Below are positions 41,053 to 64,000 of a DNA stretch of 64,000 nucleotides, piece after piece. The translations under genes and the position numbers were made by a program. The notes beneath the pieces were generated by a model that saw nothing but the letters and a program-made list of their open reading frames with translations, did not search any database and was not told where the DNA came from. The stretch is from Amoebidium appalachense (lineage: Eukaryota; Protista; Ichthyosporea), in assembly GCA_963693365.1 (NCBI GenBank), contig CAVNZM010000010.1, forward strand, positions 8,948,554 to 9,012,553. Reading direction: 5' to 3'. How positions within the stretch are numbered: position 1 is the stretch's first letter; the number at the start of each line of letters is the position of its first letter.

Positions 41053-43291
41053 CCCCCTCCCACCCCCCACACCTCCCCCCCTGGCGCCTCCGAAAGGAAA
41101 ATAAAACAAAAGAATTCCTGTGCCTCCTGGGGTATCCTGTCGCCAGCCACCAGCATGTAACAGGCTACACAGCCCATGCCCACTATCACAGACATGTGCG
41201 TGCACATGGTTGCCCTTTGCCATGTTCACCGCCCCAACGTAAACGGCAGTAATGTGTGCATATGTAAAGGGCAAACGGTTGGTGGGTGCCACAATGTCAC
41301 GTGCATTCAGGGCACCTACGTGAACTCCTGCTCAGTCTTCTTAGTGCTGAAGTTGCCGTCCGTCCACACGGTGGTGGTCAGGTCAAACAGCTGGTCCAGG
41401 TTATAGCTGGTGCCCCCACACGTGTCCCTCCCATGCACCACAAACCGCACCTGCGCCTTGTCTCCCTGCCCCGGGGCTATGGGGCAGCGCTTGCCCATAG
41501 GCAGGGAGTTATTGTCTGCCTGCTGGCAGGCCACAGGCAGGGTCAGGTAGTAGTTGGCTGTGATGTCGCAGCCACTCACAAAGAACGTAAGCAGCTGCCG
41601 GCACACCCCCGTGTCTAGGGGCATGAGGTTGCAGGGCGCACTGACCGCCCAATCACTGGTCTCGATGCCGGCATTTGATTGATTGAAGATCACACGGCCT
41701 GATGCGTCCTCGGGGATGGTATAGGGGGCCGGCAGGGTCAGGGCCACGACGACCTGGCTGAGGTTTTTGTTTTCCATGGCCTCCTCCTCGATACTGGCCA
41801 CTACGGCCTGCAGACCGGCACCCTCATAGGCCACACTGCCCTGCGGTGCATGGGTTAATGAAAATATCATGCAGAGAGGGTGTATGGTGCACGTGCGGGT
41901 ATGCACACACATGGGCCCAGCCCGCTAAAGCATGAGCACGTGCATTACATCTATACATGTGCACGTGCATTACATCTATACATGTGCACGTGCATTACAT
42001 CTATACATGTGCACGTGCTTTACATCTATACATGTGCACGTGCATTACATCTATACATGTGCACGTGCATTACATCTATACATGTGCACGTGCACCATGA
42101 TGACGCCGAATGCACACACACTTGCATACCCCCCGAACCCAGCCACAACACACTATCACACTGCCGCTGCACGTGTACACCCTCTTCAAGCCTCACCGGG
42201 ACACGCCATTCCCCAAACCTGCCCCCCTTCCCCCCCCCCCCCCCCCCCCCCGCACCCCCCTCCCCGTCTCCCCCCAACCCACAAACCACCCCACCCCACC
42301 TTACCCAGACCCCCCCCCTCCCCTAAGCCAAACCCCTCCCCCCCCTCCTCCCCCCTCCCCCCTTCCCAGACCCCCTCCCCTCCCCCCACCAGCACGCGGC
42401 ATATCCCCCACCTGTGAGACTAGCCCCGTATTGTAGTCCACCTCGGCATTCAACCGCCCAGACACCGTAGACGACCGCATGTAGGGCTGGTCTACGGGGC
42501 TATTAATAGTCGCCAGGGTTATGTATTCCTCGTACGTGGCCGTGGCCAGGCCATCATAGGCCGTCCTATTGTCTGTATCGCTCTGCACCACACTGCACAG
42601 GTTCAAACCCTCCCTTTTGCCGATGATGACAAATTGGGCATGGCACGTGGAGGCTGAGATGTACGTCTGGGGCCACGTGAGGATGTTTGGGTTGCTCAGC
42701 CACGTGCAGATGCCGTAGCTGAAGTCTAGAACACGCCGGTTGCCGTACCACAGCCCAGCATAGAAGCGCATGGAAAGATCTCCATCTTGCACCTGTGGGA
42801 GAGGAGGGGTGGTTGGCATGGGGCACACGGTACGGGGTATGCACACCCACACAATATATGAGAGGGTTTGCACCGAGCACACAAACAGTATGCAGAAATG
42901 GCAGAGTCCGAAGTAGGCACGGGTGGAGGAGGAGGAGGAGGAGGAGGAGCAGGAGGAGGAGGAGGAGGAGGAGGAGGAGGAGGAGGAGGAGGAGGAGGAG
43001 GTGGTGGTGGTGGTGGTGGGGGGGGGGGGGGGCGCAGCAGTGATTGTGGCGCACGGAGAGGTGGATGGTGTGTGTGGATCGTGGCTGGAAGGGTGGAGAG
43101 AGGGAGGGCGGAGGGGTTGGGGGAAGAGGGAGGTGGTATGTGTATGTCTGTGCGTGTGTTTGGAAGGCGGGGAAGGGGTAAATTGAGTCCCAGAGTACGA
43201 TGTACACATTCACGACGTACAAAGCAGTGCTACATTCAAAAAAAAGGGCACACGTAAAGAGTATGCACCCGGGGAGGGGAGCGGGGGGAGT

Positions 43292-43323
<32 letters not shown>

Positions 43324-43700
43324 GGGGGGAGGGGGGGATGCTTTTGTTTTTGGCTACAGTTGGTAATTTGAGTGCAGCAGGTTGTGAGATGCCCAACTCT
43401 GCCAACAACACTTCGGACACACACGGGAGGCAGACACTGTGTGCAGGCACATGCGTTGTGTAGGGGGGCAAGGGTGGCTGCAACTCTGTATGCAACTATT
43501 ACTGAGCGAGTAGGTGTGTGTGCACACACGCAGGTTTAGTTGGTGTGCGTGCGTGCATGTGTGTGTGTGTTTGGGAGCGAGTGAATCTGCGTGTGCGTGC
43601 GCACGTGCTCGCGTCTGTGTGTGTGCGTATGTGGAGTGTGTGCATATGTGTGTGTGTATGTGTGTGTGTGTGTGTTTGTGTGCGTGGGGATAGAGAAAGC

Positions 43701-43757
<57 letters not shown>

Positions 43758-44290
43758 GTGTGTGTGTGTGCATGGCCGGCGTGTGGCCGTCCATGTGCAT
43801 GGCCTTTCAACATACACAAAGGTGGAGACAGGGTTCCCACATCTGTGGCCTTTTCAACCGCAAAACAAGATGCAAAGTGTGCCCAAATAGATCTATGTAT
43901 GTGTGAAGGACTATGCAAGTGCAGATAGATGAATCCAAGTAATTATATCAATCTGACTTTGGCTTTAGCTATCTAGTCGTCGTACCCTCACAGTGCATCC
44001 CTCGTGGTTGCCAGCGTATTTGCGTATGCGGCAAGCTCTGAACACACACACACACATGCGGTGAGCCCGCTTGCACCATACACACGTACTCGCGCGCGCG
44101 CACACACACACACACACACAGAGAGTGATAGAGTGTGTGTGGGAAGCAGCTGTACGCCACACTTGCACGAAGGTCCAGCCCCCACCACACACACATAGGC
44201 ATACGGCGCGCACTGTGCCACCTACACACACAGCATGTGTATGTGTCTGTGTGCACACAGCATGTGTATGTGTCTGTGTGTGTGTATTAC

Positions 44291-44356
<66 letters not shown>

Positions 44357-44377
44357 GGACTCTTTCGCCCCTTTTCC

Positions 44378-44436
<59 letters not shown>

Positions 44437-45511
44437 CCCGCACACACTTACACACACAGTGATATGCACACACACAAAGTTGAAGAAAGACAATGCCTTC
44501 GAATACACCATTGTGCCCTAGGTATCTATGTGTGGCTATAACATCACAATATGTGAGAGAATGGTCCGTCCCAACAAATACATGGGCAAGCGTAGAAGTG
44601 TTGCACGCAACGAGAGCCTGTGACTGAATGATTCTTTGTTAATCGTTCATCAGTGTGGAAGATGTTTGTGTATCACTATGCACATTTGCAAGTGTGGATG
44701 TGTGTACAGTGTGCTTATGCTGCTTGCTTCGTGCGTATAAGAGTGTGTTTGTGTGCACGTGCATATGTCTGTGTGCAAGTGTATATGCACTGATGATGTG
44801 TGCGCGCAAGTCTATGTGCCAGCAGCACTTCTACATGCACCACAAACCGCACAGCAACCCTGCAGTGTTCTTGGAGCACTTCTGTCTGCAACTATAGCTA
44901 TGTATTTTCTAGTAATGTGGGTACCACCAGCCGGCCTGTGTCTGCGGTGAACATTGTACCATTACCCTTAATACCTCCGTGTCATGGCATTCTGTCCAGC
45001 TGTATCATCCGATGCATGTCAGCACCACGCCTATCCCCTTCACACCCTTACCCATGGTGGTGCGCTATTAGTTAGCCCCACGAACTCACCTCGGGCAGAA
45101 AGAAGTCCATCGTCATGTTTGCAGGCACAGTGTCGTATGGGGTGCCCCACGTACACAGTGACGCCTGCGTGTTCGTCTGCGGGTCGACGACCAACAGATA
45201 GAACTGGTCCAGGTAGAAAGCCCATGTTGTGGCATAGAACCCCACTCGCACACTGCTTGGGAACTGCACCACCGTGCCCGACCCCACACCTCGTATGACC
45301 ACCGGCTTATTGATAACTATGGTACCTGTCTCGTAGTAGGTGCCAAAGTCTAGTGTGAGTATGTCGCCTGGGTTTGCTGCTGCTAGGGCCTGGCGTATTT
45401 GGTCTGTGCCACCGGCAGGCACGGGGCGCGTTATAGCGGCACAAGGCCACACCAAGAGAAAAGGAGGGCCCACGTGGCATATGCCCACGCGGGCCTGTAG
45501 GCCTGCACCAT
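38514..45511 (-). CDS. Large type I membrane protein: signal peptide, beta-helix-cap-like N-terminus, Cys-containing ectodomain, Pro/Thr stalk, furin-type site, TM helix, Pro-rich tail
   Basis: Phase-compatible exons 45511-45090, 42792-42412, 41840-41320 and 40864-38514. Needs 1-bp corrections in homopolymers near 45460 (giving MVQAYRPAWAYATWALLFLLVWPCAA) and near 40388. KRLRRR precedes TM IALIVAGAVVGALCACGAMGAVGV, followed by RRRRRAK. Confidence 0.75.
41935..42093. repeat. 25-bp intronic tandem repeat (GCACGTGCATTACATCTATACATGT), about 6 copies
   Basis: Directly visible tandem units. Confidence 0.92.
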
Positions 45512-46949
45512 GGCACAGAGGTGTGGCGGTAAATATGTTTATATGAAGGAGTGCATGGTGAGGCTACTGAGTGCACGTACGCGCTAGACGAGCTCAGAGC
45601 GAGCTTATTTCGAAGTTGATAGTGTGTGTTTTCTGAAGCGAAGAGGAACGCCTGATGCCAGGGTTTAGGGGGTGATACGTGCCACAGTGCACCAAACTGA
45701 ATTGCACGGCCTATTAGGTCCAGATGAACTGTGCTAATAACGCAAAGAGGAGTTGTAAAGACTAAGATACTCGGAGAGTTCCGACTTGTGTCAGTAACAG
45801 GATTACAGGAAACAGAACCTCGCATACAAGTGGGTGATAACACTCCTCAAGTGTGGTTGCCTGGATGCACGGTTTTCAGTGACAGCCTGACTCGCCGGCT
45901 GATCACGGTGGTATGCAGTGGCAAACGCTACGCTCGTGCTGATTGGCAGAGCCGCTGCTCAGCGTTCCATTGGTCTTTATATGACTAATAAGAACTTTAG
46001 ATGATTGGTGTAGTTTATCGGGAATGTGAGGAATGCCGCCTGCGCGTGAGATCATGATCACTGCTTTGATCGCTGCGGGTCGTCTCACACGTACTGACGG
46101 TGTGCACGCGCTGCGATGAACTTTACGTTCGCTGCAGACGGTTTCCTTACACTCTCGCGACCGCACGTGCATGCTTTCTGTCGCGGCGCCTCGACGGTTC
46201 GATAGAGTCCAGTGTTCGCTGAATGTGTAAGGAAAAATAAGGAGCCATCTCAGTAGGTGGCAGGCGGGTCGTGCACTGCACAGTGCACACACTGCAGACG
46301 TCAGCTGCTGCACCGCAAATCATTTCGTGAGTAACCACGTCGTCAAGTCCGGCAGGGAACCTGTATATCCGGGCAACGTTACAGCCTAGTAGAACATACA
46401 TCTATCCGGATCCGCCTCTCATGTCATTGACCGCAGCGCCATCTGCAGACCAGGTGTTGTACAGTAGAATTAAAACGCCAAAAGCAGCGCTAGGCCCATA
46501 GCTGTGGTTGTCAGGGTTTCGCTGGCACTGGCGATGTTGCCCGGGGACTCGAGCTGAGGGACTGATCCGTAACCGTCTAAGAGAAAACCTGCGGGGGAGG
46601 GGAGGGAGGCCTAGGGGGGGCGAGGGCGGGGGGGGGGGGGGGGGGAAGGGGGGGCCGGTGGAGGGGGGAGGGACTACTAGTCTAAGTGTCGGTGTCACTG
46701 CCCACCGGCCACGCTCTCGCGGCTATATAATATATATATATAGAGTAATTTGAGAGTGCTTGATGCATACGGTGGCCCATAATTTGTGGTCGTTTGTGAC
46801 ACACTTGTGTGAGCGGAGTACGGGTGAGTGCCCCGGCATAAACGGTTCAACGGTGTCAGTGGCATATTTGCCAGCGCGGTGTGTGAATTATAGCAGGCCG
46901 TGTCTTGTGTGTGTTTGTGTTTGTGTGCGTGTGGGCGTGTGTGCGTGTG

Positions 46950-47025
<76 letters not shown>

Positions 47026-48451
47026 TGTGTGCGTGCGTGCGTGTGTGTGTGCGTGTGTGTGCGTGTGTGTGTGTGTGGGTGTGTGGGTGTGCACACACAC
47101 GAATGCGTTTATGACACAGTGTGCATAACTGCGCACACGCGCTTGTCTGTGCGTGTCTGTGTGTGCACGTGTGCGTGCCACGGTGCGCGTGCACGTGTGT
47201 GCTGCCAAACAGTGTATATGAGCTCAGACTGTCCGCGGCCTTGTGGCCTGCCCCCTGCGGCAGCGGCATGATCATCCCTTACCCGTCTTCCGAGGCTTGT
47301 CTCTCCTACCTGCCTCACCTAGCTCAGTTACTGCTGTGGCTGAGGCTTACATAGTGCCGACTCCGGGAGGTAGTCTCCATTGCTATGTACCCACTGGCTT
47401 ACGTAAGTGGCCGGGCACTACTACGCCGCGGAACCATACAAGGTCTACCACCTACTGAGGCGGTGTCTCCTTTCTTTTTTTTTTTTCTTTTTTTTTTTTT
47501 TTTACTTAAAAGGGACGTAGATGTTAAACGTCGCACGTGCGGCAACACGTCAGTACTAGTACGTGTTAGATACAAGGTATGTTAGAGAGCCGCAGGGAGA
47601 CAGCACTCACACCAGGCGCAAGGAGGCTCCAAAAACCGCCTTGCTGAGCCGCCGAGAATCAGGCAGGGTTTGATTCGTTCGGAACCGGCCGGCACTGGCA
47701 TATCTGGCAGGCAGCCAAACGAATGCTTGCAAACGCCAGCACATGGCGAAGACTATTTTAAGACTACAGGCATGGCTTTATTTATACTTTTCACCAGGTG
47801 CTTGCTTGATGGACAAGGGGCAAGGAGTCAAGGACTCGTCACTGTGCACAAGTTTCGACCGCGATATCATGAGGCTGAGGGCAGGGCCGTGCTGAGGACG
47901 GTCAAATGTCAATTACACACCCTGGCACTTTAACCTACTTTACCTAAACTACCACGTCTCTGATTGGCTGGCCATGTGTCAAAGTCAATGCCGATTGGTT
48001 CTTTTGCGCGCGCAACAATTTCAAGTGTGATCCGATCATATGTCTGGCAAAACCAGAGGGCTGGATGGAGGCCCTGGAGGCTGGGAGAGTGTGATAGCAC
48101 CGAATCATTACATAGGCATTCAGAGGCTACATGCTCCCTTACACTGAAAGGTAGAGCTGGCCTATTAGCCTGTTAGCAAAACATTGGACATTCTGGTCTC
48201 AGGAAGGATTAAGTAGTGGTGTCAGCGAGACCCCAGGAGTGAAAGCTATTACTGCAAGGCCACTTCGTTCAGCCCTCGGAGGCCCTCCACTTAGCACAGG
48301 CGCCCCAACACTGCGTGCACTAAGAGCAGATGTAACTATAACTGAGCCACTGTCTCTGTGTTTCCAGCCATACCTTAGAATAGGTCAGCCCTCTCCTCTT
48401 TAACATAATTCCACACACGACAATGATGAGGATGCAGGCTAGGTGACGGCT

Positions 48452-64000
<15,549 letters not shown>

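Noticed and set aside
45520-48440. Additional genes or RNA genes between the divergent host genes
   Set aside because: Only short ORFs without recognisable motifs; no tRNA or rRNA structure recognised.

Overview
Eukaryotic genomic window with two very different parts. Positions 1 to ~19.7 kb are intronless, gene-dense and CpG-rich, and look like the right-hand part of an endogenized large DNA virus (Nucleocytoviricota-like). This part carries a Fic-domain gene running off the left edge (absent from the ORF track), a tandemly duplicated unknown gene, an AT-hook/Vps4-katanin-type AAA ATPase, KilA-N + T5orf172, a YqaJ recombinase/exonuclease, a coiled-coil protein, a DUF5760-like protein, a 134-bp tandem array and an HNH-AP2 endonuclease bracketed by related direct repeats. 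From ~19.77 kb the DNA is host-like, with introns full of (CA)n, (GCAC)n and poly-C/G. It holds two copies of an intronless secreted preproprotein gene, a 10-exon mitochondrial PheRS (FARS2) with a Penelope-like RT in intron 4, a minus-strand type I membrane protein with beta-helix-cap and ZP-like features, and a many-exon PGAP1-like gene running off the right edge whose introns carry TTAA-type non-autonomous transposons and a four-copy repeat. The overall style suggests a protist with giant-virus insertions, such as an Amoebidium-like ichthyosporean, but this is inference. No viral hallmark core gene (capsid, PolB, packaging ATPase) is visible here. All family calls come from motif recognition by eye, with no database searches. 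Several single-base frameshifts sit in homopolymers, including in host genes, so some may be assembly errors.
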